Origin: Oscillospiraceae bacterium
GTDB taxonomy: Bacteria; Bacillota; Clostridia; Oscillospirales; CAG-272
DNA length: 64,000 nucleotides
NCBI GenBank assembly: GCA_015064855.1
Contig: SVRK01000003.1
Location: forward strand, 158,594-222,593
Direction: 5' to 3'
Made by a program: the position numbers and the translations under genes. Of the stretch, positions 51,041 through 60,600 are shown in pieces; within the stretch, counting starts at the first letter, position 1, and every line of letters begins with the position of its first letter. Under the pieces are notes generated by a model. That model saw only the letters and a list, made by a program, of their open reading frames with translations, did not search any database and had not been told where the DNA came from.

Positions 51041-51406
51041 TTAGTCGTTAGTTATATTTTCACTTAATGTAATAATTTTGTCAGCGTATTTTTTCTTGCG
51101 CTTGCCGAGAATTCCTTTATATATCGGATAATTAACACTTGCCATTGCCATACCTACAATTCCAATAATTATGCCTGGAACAAGTGGCGAGCCTATACCG
51201 ATAGTAGCACCGATATCAGTCATAACAAGGCTCATTCCGGCACCCATAACGAGCGCTGAAATACCGCCAAATACATAAGCAAAAATGTTAGCGGGACGCT
51301 TCACCTTGGAGTCTAGCTTGCGAAGAACATCAAGCTCTGACGGCTGCTTTTCCATATACTGTGTGCGAATTTTTTGTGCCATAAATTGTTGGTCTTTTTT
51401 GTTCAT
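51041..51406 (-). CDS. Small 2-TM membrane protein, paralog B
   Basis: 121 aa with the same architecture as 47370-47783 and 51508-51888 (..LRKLD.., TM hairpin, YPIYKGILGKRKKKYADKIITLSENI). Confidence 0.72.
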   Translation of the reverse strand: MNKKDQQFMAQKIRTQYMEKQPSELDVLRKLDSKVKRPANIFAYVFGGISALVMGAGMSLVMTDIGATIGIGSPLVPGIIIGIVGMAMASVNYPIYKGILGKRKKKYADKIITLSENITND

Positions 51407-51507
51407 AATAATTACCTCTCATTTTTTGTATTGTTTTGTTTTGTGACTTTATCATATCAAGCGTTTGTTTTTGAATTTTTTAGAAAATGTTTTTGTTTTG
51501 TTAATCT

Positions 51508-51888
51508 TTAAGAATTTTGAGAATTTATTATTTCTTCAGATAGGCGAATAATCTCTGGCGTTAGCTCGACTTTTCTTTTTTTCGCTATCCATCTATATAG
51601 TGGATAGGCAGGTATCATCAAAAGAGTACCTATAATCATAAATAGAGCAGTGAGCCACCAGCCTCCTGCAAATACCTCAAGAAAAAAGCACATTCCGATG
51701 CCAAAGATAAGCAGGCCCACAATTCCAAGACAAAGCGCTTCGATTGTTCCTGCCGTTTGAACGCGCAGATCAAGTCGTTTTAATTTTTCGAGCTTGTTTT
51801 CTTCTTCGGGCACATATTTTTTTCTTATGTTTTCGACCTCTTTGTTTCTTGTTACCGAATAATTGTAGCTGAAAGTGTTGTTTTCCAT
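51508..51888 (-). CDS. Small 2-TM membrane protein, paralog C
   Basis: 126 aa: FSYNYSVTRNKEVENIRKKY..LKRLD, a TM hairpin, then YPLYRWIAKKRKVELTPEIIRLSEEI. Confidence 0.72.
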   Translation of the reverse strand: MENNTFSYNYSVTRNKEVENIRKKYVPEEENKLEKLKRLDLRVQTAGTIEALCLGIVGLLIFGIGMCFFLEVFAGGWWLTALFMIIGTLLMIPAYPLYRWIAKKRKVELTPEIIRLSEEIINSQNS

Positions 51889-51923
51889 GATACTCCTGTT
51901 TCTTTGTTTTTCATTGTGTCATT

Positions 51924-51953
51924 ATTGTACGAAACCGATTTTTGAGTTTTGTT
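51924..51953 (-). promoter_or_regulatory. Promoter of paralog C (and probably B plus the repeat protein) with an AACAAAAC box at -35
   Basis: Minus strand reads AACAAAAC, 16 nt, TACAAT. The spacing is the same as at the RR-HK promoter. Confidence 0.4.
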
Positions 51954-51988
51954 GGCGATTTGTTTCTAAAATGTTATAAAATGAATTT

Positions 51989-53554
51989 TTATAGCATCGG
52001 TGCAAAAATTCTGACTACCGAGCGGATAAAACGGGTGAAGAGCCCTGTTTTTAACATATCGGGATTTATTTCTATGGATTTTGCCATAGTTTCATCAATA
52101 TCACTTTTTAAATCCTTTATGGACTCACAGCGATACATCCAAACGCCGTTTTCAAAGTGGTGCACAAGACTTCGGTAGTCAAGATTGATCGTGCCGATCA
52201 TAGCATACTCGTCATCTGCAATATAGCTTTTAGCGTGAATGAATCCAGGCTTATATTCGTAAATTTTCACGCCTGATTTCATCAAACGGTGATAAAAGCT
52301 TCTCGTCATACTGAAGACGAGCTTTTTATCGGGAATATGCGGAACAATGATACGCACATCCACGCCACGCAAGGCAGCATTTTCAATGCTTTGACACAAG
52401 TCATTATCAATGATAAGATATGGCGTTGTTATGTACATATAGCGCGTGGCGGAGTTTAACATATTTTGAATAACGCTCTTTCCGACTCTGCGCTTGTAAA
52501 GTGGATATGGACCGTCACCAAACGGAATTACATATCCTTCAGCAGATATATCGTTTTGCTTTGGATATAATTCGTAATTTGTTTCGGGCAGCTTCTTTAC
52601 GTTTATGCCGTAATCTGTAAGGAACAGTCTTGTAAGCTCCCATACCGCCTCTCCCTCAAGGCGAATAGCAGTATCCTTCCAATGTCCAAAGCGTTCTACT
52701 TTATTTATATATTCATCGGCAATATTTACACCGCCTGTATATCCTATTTTGCCGTCAATTACGCATATTTTGCGGTGGCTTCTGTTGTTGAATTCACCGT
52801 CTGCTTGTCCGCGTAAACGTGAGAACGGTTTGGCTTCAATATCAAATTTACCGAGCTGCTTGTGATAGTCGCCGGGGAGCGTACTCATACAACCTATATC
52901 GTCATATAATACTCGAACGTTAACTCCCAATGTGGCCTTGCGCTTTAAGATGTCGAGTATTGAGTTCCAAAACACTCCTTCTTCTATGATAAAGTATTCC
53001 ATAAATATAAACTTCTCTGCTTTTTCAAGATCGGTAAGCATTGCCTTCCACATATCCTCGCCAAGTGGATAATAGGTTTGTGTCGTGTTCTTAAACACTC
53101 GAGCACTCGATATGGAGCATAGCATTCTTGCCTGAGCTGCGGCGTGAGCGTTCTCGCAATCCAATTTGTCAAGGATTTCTTCATGCGTTTTCTCGTACTG
53201 ATATTTTTTTAACTCGTCAAGACGGCGAATGAATTTCTTTTGGAGCTTTCGCGAGTAAAAAAGAAAGTATAACATAAATCCGGCAATTGGTAAGATGAGA
53301 ACAAACAATAGCCATGGAACTTTATAATCAGGGTTGTCGTCTGAAGCAATAATTTTTATTACGCAGAAAAACTCCGTAACAAAAGCAGCAATATAAAAAT
53401 AGGGAATATAATAGCAGCACGCAACAACGATACTAATGATGGCAAGTATTTCAAGAATTGTAATAAAAACCGCTAGAATATAACGGAAGGGAATGTAGTT
53501 GTATTCCCGCTCTATCGTTTTTTCACCGGTTGTAACCTTATATTTCTTTTTCAC
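51989..53554 (-). CDS. cls: Cardiolipin synthase (two PLD/HKD domains)
   Basis: HKD motifs HRKICVIDGKIGYTGGVNI and IHAKSYIADDEYAMIGTINLD, plus N-terminal TM helices. I prefer the GTG at 53554 (GAGGTG RBS) over the TTG at 53572. Confidence 0.9.
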   Translation of the reverse strand: MKKKYKVTTGEKTIEREYNYIPFRYILAVFITILEILAIISIVVACCYYIPYFYIAAFVTEFFCVIKIIASDDNPDYKVPWLLFVLILPIAGFMLYFLFYSRKLQKKFIRRLDELKKYQYEKTHEEILDKLDCENAHAAAQARMLCSISSARVFKNTTQTYYPLGEDMWKAMLTDLEKAEKFIFMEYFIIEEGVFWNSILDILKRKATLGVNVRVLYDDIGCMSTLPGDYHKQLGKFDIEAKPFSRLRGQADGEFNNRSHRKICVIDGKIGYTGGVNIADEYINKVERFGHWKDTAIRLEGEAVWELTRLFLTDYGINVKKLPETNYELYPKQNDISAEGYVIPFGDGPYPLYKRRVGKSVIQNMLNSATRYMYITTPYLIIDNDLCQSIENAALRGVDVRIIVPHIPDKKLVFSMTRSFYHRLMKSGVKIYEYKPGFIHAKSYIADDEYAMIGTINLDYRSLVHHFENGVWMYRCESIKDLKSDIDETMAKSIEINPDMLKTGLFTRFIRSVVRIFAPML

Positions 53555-53651
53555 AATACACCTCGAAAACAAATATGTTAATTATACGCTATAATTGTAG
53601 AAAAGCATTGTTTTTGAAAAATTTTTATTTTGTTTAAGTTTTGTTAATGTT

Positions 53652-53687
53652 AAAAAATAAAAGGGATAGGCATTCTGCCTATCCCTA
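53652..53687 (-). terminator. Rho-independent terminator
   Basis: Minus strand: AGGGATAGGCA-GAA-TGCCTATCCCT followed by TTTATTTTTT. Confidence 0.85.
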
Positions 53688-53706
53688 TTCAATATTAAAT
53701 TCATTG

Positions 53707-55188
53707 TCAAAATGAGAGCATACCATATGCCTGACCATTATAATTCCATAAAAAATCTTCAGCGGTTTTATAGAAGGTAACTGTAATTTTGTCCCTGTTA
53801 AATCCAAAGCACATAGATACATTCCCTAAATATCTGTCGATAATTTGGGAAAAGAGCATTATTTTGTTGTCGCATAGCCAAGCACCGGATGTTGCACAGT
53901 CGTATTTTGAACCATCGGTTGTACGCTCTCCACCAACATCGCTCGAATAGCCAAGCTCGGGGAACTTGCCAAAATAGTTTTCATTTAATTTAAAAGGCAA
54001 CTCCATCATTCCGTTTCCGTTTTCGTAATATAGCGTTCCACCATCTTCATTAAATTTAAAGGTTAAATTTTTCAAGCCAATATCATTTTTTTCAAAAATG
54101 TATTTTCTGCCATCAATTTTTTCTTGCCAAGGCGAAAAAGCTTCTCCCTTTATAGCAAAAAGTGAAAGGTTATTTGTTGAATTTAACAGATCATTGTATG
54201 CATCATTATCCTCATTTAGAGGCTTATTTTCAAGGTTTTCAACGATAATGTCAAAGAAATATGAAAGAATAATCTCACTTGCAAAGGAAGAACCTTGATT
54301 ATCCGCCGTGCATACGAAAATAAGGTCGTAATCTGGCAAGCAAATTGTCAGTTGATCTCCCATTCCAACAAAAGCAAAGCCATTTTTCTCTGTTCGCCAA
54401 ATTTGATATCCGTAGCCGTGAGAGAGCACGTCATCAAATGCTGTTTCTTGGTTATCAACAAGCTTTGAGGTCGCTGTTTTTAAGTAGGCCTCGCTTAAAA
54501 TGCGCTTGCCGTCCCATTCACCATAGTTCATAATAAATCTGCCGAACGAAAGCATATCGCGTGAGGTGCAGAGAAGTGCAGAATCTCCCCAGCTTTCGCC
54601 TGTTGGAGTTTTTAAAATGGTTGCATTTTTAAATGTACCAAGATGTGAGAAAATTTTTTCATTTAAATAATCAAAAAGTGGCTTGCCAGCTAGCTTTTCA
54701 ACAAGGCAACACAAAACCTGTGAGCCTTGGCTGTCATATTCCCAAATAGTGCCGGGGGATCTTAAATTTTGGGGTCTTTTGTTGAAGTATACCTTGCATC
54801 TGTCTCTGCATTCATGGTCAAACCATCCTTCGCCATATCCGACGGTTGTCATTTTCAGCATGTCCTCAATCGTCTGCATTTTAAGTGATTCATTAAGGGG
54901 AGTGTCTGTTTTTTCTGGAAAATAATCGACTATTTTGTCCTTAAGCGAAATTTTGCCCTCATCAATTAATAGCCCTATGGCAATAGACACAAAGCTTTTT
55001 GTTTGGGAGTACATTCTATGTAGAAAGCTTTTATCAAACGGAGTCCAATAAAATTCGCCGAAAATATCATATCCACGGCATAAAATAACGCTGTGCATAC
55101 GCATTTTTCTTTTTTCAAGCTTTGAAATAAATTCCTTTACGTATTTTGATTTTATACCGATTGATTCGGGGGTAACGTTTCTAAACAT
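53707..55188 (-). CDS. Serine hydrolase, beta-lactamase (class C/PBP4*-like) fold with an extra C-terminal domain
   Basis: SxxK motif (YSQTKSF) near aa 60. 493 aa. No signal peptide. Confidence 0.75.
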   Translation of the reverse strand: MFRNVTPESIGIKSKYVKEFISKLEKRKMRMHSVILCRGYDIFGEFYWTPFDKSFLHRMYSQTKSFVSIAIGLLIDEGKISLKDKIVDYFPEKTDTPLNESLKMQTIEDMLKMTTVGYGEGWFDHECRDRCKVYFNKRPQNLRSPGTIWEYDSQGSQVLCCLVEKLAGKPLFDYLNEKIFSHLGTFKNATILKTPTGESWGDSALLCTSRDMLSFGRFIMNYGEWDGKRILSEAYLKTATSKLVDNQETAFDDVLSHGYGYQIWRTEKNGFAFVGMGDQLTICLPDYDLIFVCTADNQGSSFASEIILSYFFDIIVENLENKPLNEDNDAYNDLLNSTNNLSLFAIKGEAFSPWQEKIDGRKYIFEKNDIGLKNLTFKFNEDGGTLYYENGNGMMELPFKLNENYFGKFPELGYSSDVGGERTTDGSKYDCATSGAWLCDNKIMLFSQIIDRYLGNVSMCFGFNRDKITVTFYKTAEDFLWNYNGQAYGMLSF

Positions 55189-55259
55189 ATTTTTCCTCGC
55201 ACAAAACTTATTGTAAAAATTTTAACATAAAATGATAAAAATTACAACAATTTTGGCAA

Positions 55260-55297
55260 TAATAATTCTTGAATTATTAGAGACAATATGATAAAAT
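55260..55297 (+). promoter_or_regulatory. fprA promoter with an overlapping 20-bp palindromic operator candidate
   Basis: TAATAATTC-TT-GAATTATTA (55260-55279) overlaps the -35 TTGAAT (55269-55274). 17 nt further on is the -10 TAAAAT (55292-55297). Confidence 0.45.
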
Positions 55298-55321
55298 TAT
55301 ATTGATATGAAAGGAGCTAAT

Positions 55322-56482
55322 ATGAAGATAACTAGTGATATAAGATATATTGGTGTAAATGACCATAAAATAGATTTGTTTGAGGGACAGTATGACGTTC
55401 CAAACGGCATGGCATATAACTCATACGTGATAATTGACGAAAAGATTGCGGTTTTTGATACCGTTGATGCTCGCTTCGGTGATGAGTGGATGTCAAATTT
55501 AAAAAACGTACTTGACGGACGCACTCCCGATTATTTAGTAGTTCAGCATATGGAGCCTGATCACTCGTCAAATATAACCACATTCAAAAACGAATATCCG
55601 AGTGCAACAATTGTCGCAAGCGATAAGGCGTTTCTTATGATGAAACAGTTTTTCGGTAACGACTATATAGAAAATAGAATGGTGGTTAAGGAAAACGATA
55701 CATTGTCACTTGGCAAGCATACTCTTACCTTTGTTACCGCTCCAATGGTACACTGGCCGGAGGTTATTGTAACCTATGATAGCTATGATAAGGTTCTTTT
55801 TTCTGCCGATGCCTTTGGAAAATTCGGAGCACTTGATATAGAGGATGAGGACGGCTGGGCATGCGAAGCGCGCAGATACTATTTCGGAATAGTTGGAAAG
55901 TATGGTGTGCAAGCGTCGAACCTCTTAAAGAAAGTAAGTACGCTTGAAATCAATACCATTTGTCCACTTCACGGTCCTGTATTGAACGAAAATTTAAGCT
56001 ACTATATTGATTTATATAAAACTTGGACCAGCTATTCGGTTGAAAGCGAAGGAATTGTAATTTCATATACGTCAGTATATGGCAACACAAAAAAGGCGAT
56101 TGAGCTTTTAAAGGAAGAGCTTATGAAAAATGGATGTCCGAAGGTTGTTTTAAACGATTTAGCAAGAGTTGATATGCACGAGGCTGTTGAGGACGCATTT
56201 AGATATGGCACTATGGTTTTAGCAACAACGACCTATAATAACGACGTTTTCCCTTTTATGCGTGAGTTTTTATATGAGCTTCTTGAAAGAGGCTACAAAA
56301 ACAGAAAAATCGCCATTATTGAAAACGGATCTTGGGCGCCAAGCGCAGGTAAAAAAATAAGAAGCATGCTTGAAGAGGCAAAAGGTCTTGACATTCTTGA
56401 AAAGGGTGTAACTATTCGTTCTGCAATGACCGAACAAAACAGAGAAGAAATAAAGGAGCTCGCAAGGGAGCTATTGAATTAA
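55322..56482 (+). CDS. FprA-type flavodiiron protein (metallo-beta-lactamase plus flavodoxin domains)
   Basis: Di-iron motif HMEPDHSS and a C-terminal flavodoxin-like domain (VISYTSVYGNTKK). ATG at 55322, after AAAGGAG. Confidence 0.88.
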   Translation: MKITSDIRYIGVNDHKIDLFEGQYDVPNGMAYNSYVIIDEKIAVFDTVDARFGDEWMSNLKNVLDGRTPDYLVVQHMEPDHSSNITTFKNEYPSATIVASDKAFLMMKQFFGNDYIENRMVVKENDTLSLGKHTLTFVTAPMVHWPEVIVTYDSYDKVLFSADAFGKFGALDIEDEDGWACEARRYYFGIVGKYGVQASNLLKKVSTLEINTICPLHGPVLNENLSYYIDLYKTWTSYSVESEGIVISYTSVYGNTKKAIELLKEELMKNGCPKVVLNDLARVDMHEAVEDAFRYGTMVLATTTYNNDVFPFMREFLYELLERGYKNRKIAIIENGSWAPSAGKKIRSMLEEAKGLDILEKGVTIRSAMTEQNREEIKELARELLN

Positions 56483-56500
56483 AATAATAAGGAGGGTAAA

Positions 56501-57256
56501 GTGGAAATAGTATTATTGACAGCGCTAGGCGTCGGTGGTGCGACAGTTATTGGCTCGCTAATCGGTTTTATTTTTAAAAGACCCTCTCAAAAATTTAACG
56601 ATGTAATTTTGTCATTTGCCGCAGGCGTTATGCTTTCGGCTGCGGTCATTGGTCTTATAGTTCCGTCAATTCAAGATAAAAACGGCTCACTTTTTATTAC
56701 AGTAATAGGTGTTTTGGCGGGCGCGGTTTGTCTGAATATAATTGATAAATTAGTACCACACCTTCATAAAATGACAGGTGTTGATATTGAAAAGCACCCA
56801 CACAAAACCGAAAGGCTAAATAAGGTTTTGCTTTTTGTAATAGCGATAGCGATACATAATCTACCGGAGGGAATTGCGGCAGGAGTTAGCTTTGGCTCGG
56901 AAAATACAGCTCACGCCCTTACAATCGCAGGCGGTATAGCTCTGCAAAATATTCCGGAGGGTATGGTTATAATAGCGCCTATGATTTCTTCGGGAATATC
57001 AAAAAAACGCACGCTTTTAATTGCTATGATGACGGGTGTTGTCGAGGTAATAGGAACGCTTATTGGATACTTTGCCGTTAGTATTTCCCAGGCAATATTG
57101 CCGTTTGCTCTTGCTTTTGCCGGTGGAACTATGCTTTACGTTGTCAGCGATGAAATGATACCTGAAACCCATTCACACGGCAACGAAAGAATAGCAACGT
57201 ATTCCTTGCTTATCGGCTTTATATTGATGATGGCTTTTGACTATCTTTTAGGGTAG
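56501..57256 (+). CDS. ZIP family divalent metal transporter (ZupT-like)
   Basis: 251 aa, polytopic, with HNLPEGIA and QNIPEGM motifs. GTG start after AAGGAGGG. Confidence 0.85.
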   Translation: MEIVLLTALGVGGATVIGSLIGFIFKRPSQKFNDVILSFAAGVMLSAAVIGLIVPSIQDKNGSLFITVIGVLAGAVCLNIIDKLVPHLHKMTGVDIEKHPHKTERLNKVLLFVIAIAIHNLPEGIAAGVSFGSENTAHALTIAGGIALQNIPEGMVIIAPMISSGISKKRTLLIAMMTGVVEVIGTLIGYFAVSISQAILPFALAFAGGTMLYVVSDEMIPETHSHGNERIATYSLLIGFILMMAFDYLLG

Positions 57257-57356
57257 AGAAAACCATAAAACGACCGCCCTGTGTCGCATTTTATTGAAAA
57301 AGTGTTTATAAAACACCCGAAAGGGTTAAAATAAAATTTAAACGGAGGAAAAGAAA

Positions 57357-57518
57357 ATGAAATACGTATGTGATGTATGCGGATACGAGTACGACGAAGC
57401 AGTAGGTGATCCTGATAATGGTATCGCCCCCGGCACAAAATGGGAGGATTTACCCGAGGATTTTGTATGCCCACTCTGCGGAGTTGGAAAAATCAGCTTT
57501 ACTAAAGAAGAAAACTAA
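57357..57518 (+). CDS. Rubredoxin
   Basis: 53 aa: [48 protein letters not shown].. with two CxxCG knuckles. GGAGGAAAAG RBS. Not in the ORF track (under 60 aa). Confidence 0.9.
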   Translation: MKYVCDVCGYEYDEAVGDPDNGIAPGTKWEDLPEDFVCPLCGVGKISFTKEEN

Positions 57519-57524
57519 ATAGCT

Positions 57525-57562
57525 AAAACAGCCACAAGGATTAATTTTGTGGCTGTTTTTTA
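57525..57562 (+). terminator. Rho-independent terminator
   Basis: AAAACAGCCACAA - loop - TTGTGGCTGTTTTTT. Confidence 0.85.
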
Positions 57563-57574
57563 TTGCTTAAAAAC

Positions 57575-57603
57575 TTGACAAAATTATTTAAGTGCGATAT
57601 AAT
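57575..57603 (+). promoter_or_regulatory. Sigma-A promoter
   Basis: TTGACA, 17 nt, TATAAT. Confidence 0.65.
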
Positions 57604-57635
57604 AATATTATATACTATATTTTGAAGGAGCTTTT

Positions 57636-60600
57636 ATGAAAAAAAGATTAACACTATTTATCTTGCTTGTGTTGTTACTTGCAGTTGCTTTTGCTTTTTC
57701 CGTAAACGCAGCAACTCAGGTTGCGGACGATGGCACAAACCTTACATTAGGCGCTTGTACTATTGAAGGACTTGATGGGGTTACCATTCCATCACCGACA
57801 AGCGGACTTGTTTATACGCTTGATGAAAAAACGGGCAAGGCGTATGTTTCTGGCAGAGGCACGTTTGCAGGCGGCGACCTTGTTTTCCCATCAAGTGTAA
57901 CGTATGAAGGCGTAACCTATCCGCTTACAAAAATCAATTCGGGACTTTTCCAAAATCTTACTTATAATATTTACGTTCCCGATAGCGTTACCTTAATTGC
58001 AGGTGGTCCAAGTTCCGGTACCTTTGGTAACTCGACAATTTCCAAGGTGTATATCGGCTCGGGTCTTACGTCCTTTGAGCAGGAAACCTTTAGCGGTTCA
58101 AAGGGATACGAGGTTTTTATTTGTAAATCACAGCTAACCTATATTGGAGTTAATGCGTTCAATGAAAACAGACCCTCAGATAACGGCACTACCATTGAAA
58201 TAGATTTTTCAAAGGTAACCCGTTTTGAGGATCGCGCTTGCGCCGGTGCTTCGTTTTTGAAGTACACAAGCATTACTCTTTCTCCAAACGTTGAATATAT
58301 TGGCTCTAATGCGTTTGTTGAAACAAGGGTTAAAGGCTCTGTTATCGTTCCCGAAAATTGTCAGTTGGGCGACCGCTGCTTCAACGGCACAAGCTTTGAG
58401 CAGGTTGTTATTAAGGTTGCAAAGGGAACAACTCGACAACTTCCGCTAGAGCTATTTAGCGGTGCAACGGCAGGCTTGACCGTTATCTTTACAGGTACGG
58501 TTGAGGCAAATCAAGACCACGTTTTCTCAGGAAACAGTATGTCTGTTTATATGCAATCATATGACGATATCAATACACTCGTTTCAACCGCGGCAGAGAA
58601 AAGCGGTAACGAAAGAATTGCATCAGCGACATTCTATGCATGTAAAGAGGGCAAGAGCTATACAGCTGCAAAGGACGGTACAATTACCGAAAATGGCGTA
58701 GGTCAACACGCATATGATACCGTTCCTACTCATTTCCCCGCAGACTGCTCAAACTATGAAAAGGACTCATACATTTGCTACGTATGCGGATACGAGGACG
58801 TTGTTTTTGAGGGCACGGAATATGGTGACCACGTAATAAAAACGACTGTAAAAGAGCCAACCTGTCAGTCAAACGGCTATTACGAGTACGTATGTACTGT
58901 CTGCGGATATTCCGAGTCAGCGCATATCGTGCCAAAGAACAATCACAGCGCAACTGTTATTACGTATAAATCAAACGGTACACAATATTTAACTGTTACA
59001 AAGAGCTGTGAATTTTGTAACGAGGTCGTAGAAACCGAGCGTGTTGACCTTGTTAACAAGTGCTACATCGATGGATACGGCTTCTTTGATGCAACAATGG
59101 ACTACGTTTCAGTTGATGCAAACGGTGTTGCAACTCCGGGCGCTGCTGGATTTGATAATGCTGTAATTTACTTCCCATCATATGCTATGGTTGATGGTAG
59201 GGCAGTAGAGGTAAAAACAGTACAAGGCTTTAAGGCTAAATCAATAAAAGGCATCTATATTCCCGATACAGTTACAAGAATTGCAGGCGGAGGCGGTGCA
59301 GGATGCTTTGGCGATATTAGCGTTCTTAAAAACGTAGTTGTCGGCAAGGGTGTCACAGCTATTGAGCAAGAAACCTTCTGCATGGGTAACGGCGCAACAC
59401 TTGATGAGTTTATCTTCAAGGGCACAATTACAAGAATTGAACCCTATGCCTTCAAGGATTTAAGACAAGCATCTGGCGATATCCCATATGAATTTAATAC
59501 CGCACTTACATATGTAGGTACCCAAGTAAACTCTAAGGGTAGCGTTATAAGAGAGGCGAAGATTGAAAAGAACTGTCAAATCGCCGCAAAAGCATTTAAT
59601 GATGCCAATGCTCTTTTAACTGTATATATAGAGGGTGGCGACACCCCCGAAACCGCACTTGACCTCGGTCAAGAGTTTACAAGTAACACTTGCACGAAAT
59701 ATTGGTACATCAAGGGCTATGTTACAGTATCCGGTCAAGCTGTTCTTTCAGGACAAGACAATTCAAGAATCTATATGGAAAGCACAGCCGCTATTGATTT
59801 ATTTGCTAATGCTATCAAAGCGCAAGGATATAACGATAGAATAAATAAGGCTGTTTTTATGGACTGTGGAGAAGATAAAGCTTGGTATGTATCAAATAGT
59901 GCTGACAGAGTTGCTTCAAGCGTAGCATATAGTCATAACGGTGTATTTACCGAAACTAATTCTACCTGTACACAAGAGGGTATAAGAGAAGAAATTTGCT
60001 TTGTTTGTGGCGAAACTGTTTCAAGCGAAGTAGTTGAAAGGAAAGAGCACGTATTTGACGGTGGCGTTATTACAAGCATGCCAACCGACAGCGAGGCTGG
60101 CGAAATTGTTTATACCTGCTTGATTTGCTATCAAACAGAAACAAAAGAAATCGCTCCAATTTCCGGTGAGCATGGTCTTGAGATTTTCTTGGCGTATGAC
60201 AATGGATTTGGAAGCAAGGGATTAGAAACGAGCGTGTGTCATGATTGCGACTGCGTTCTAACAAGAGAGCTTGAACCGATATTTATCGTTCTTGGTTACT
60301 CGGTAAGTGAAGAAAAAACAAGCATAATCTCTCGCTCCAAAATCAATAGTGAAGCACTCAAATATTATGAAGCATATTCAGGTGAAATGGAAATCGGCTT
60401 CATAGTAGCAGGCGCAAGCGATGTGATGAGCAAAGGTTTGGTTGATGAGGACAACAGACTTGTTTCAGGTATTGTCGGATGTCAAATTATAATGCAAGAC
60501 AGAGACTTTATGAATTTGGAAATCAAGCTTTTTGGCATCACAACAGAAGCTAGCCGTGCATATAACTTCATTTTTGCTGCTTATGTTGTTGATAAAGATA

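Noticed and set aside
57241-57474. 77-aa minus-strand ORF spanning the ZIP-rubredoxin spacer.
   Set aside because: It overlaps an unmistakable rubredoxin gene on the + strand (two CxxCG knuckles, good RBS). The minus-frame peptide is Arg/His/Pro-rich nonsense.
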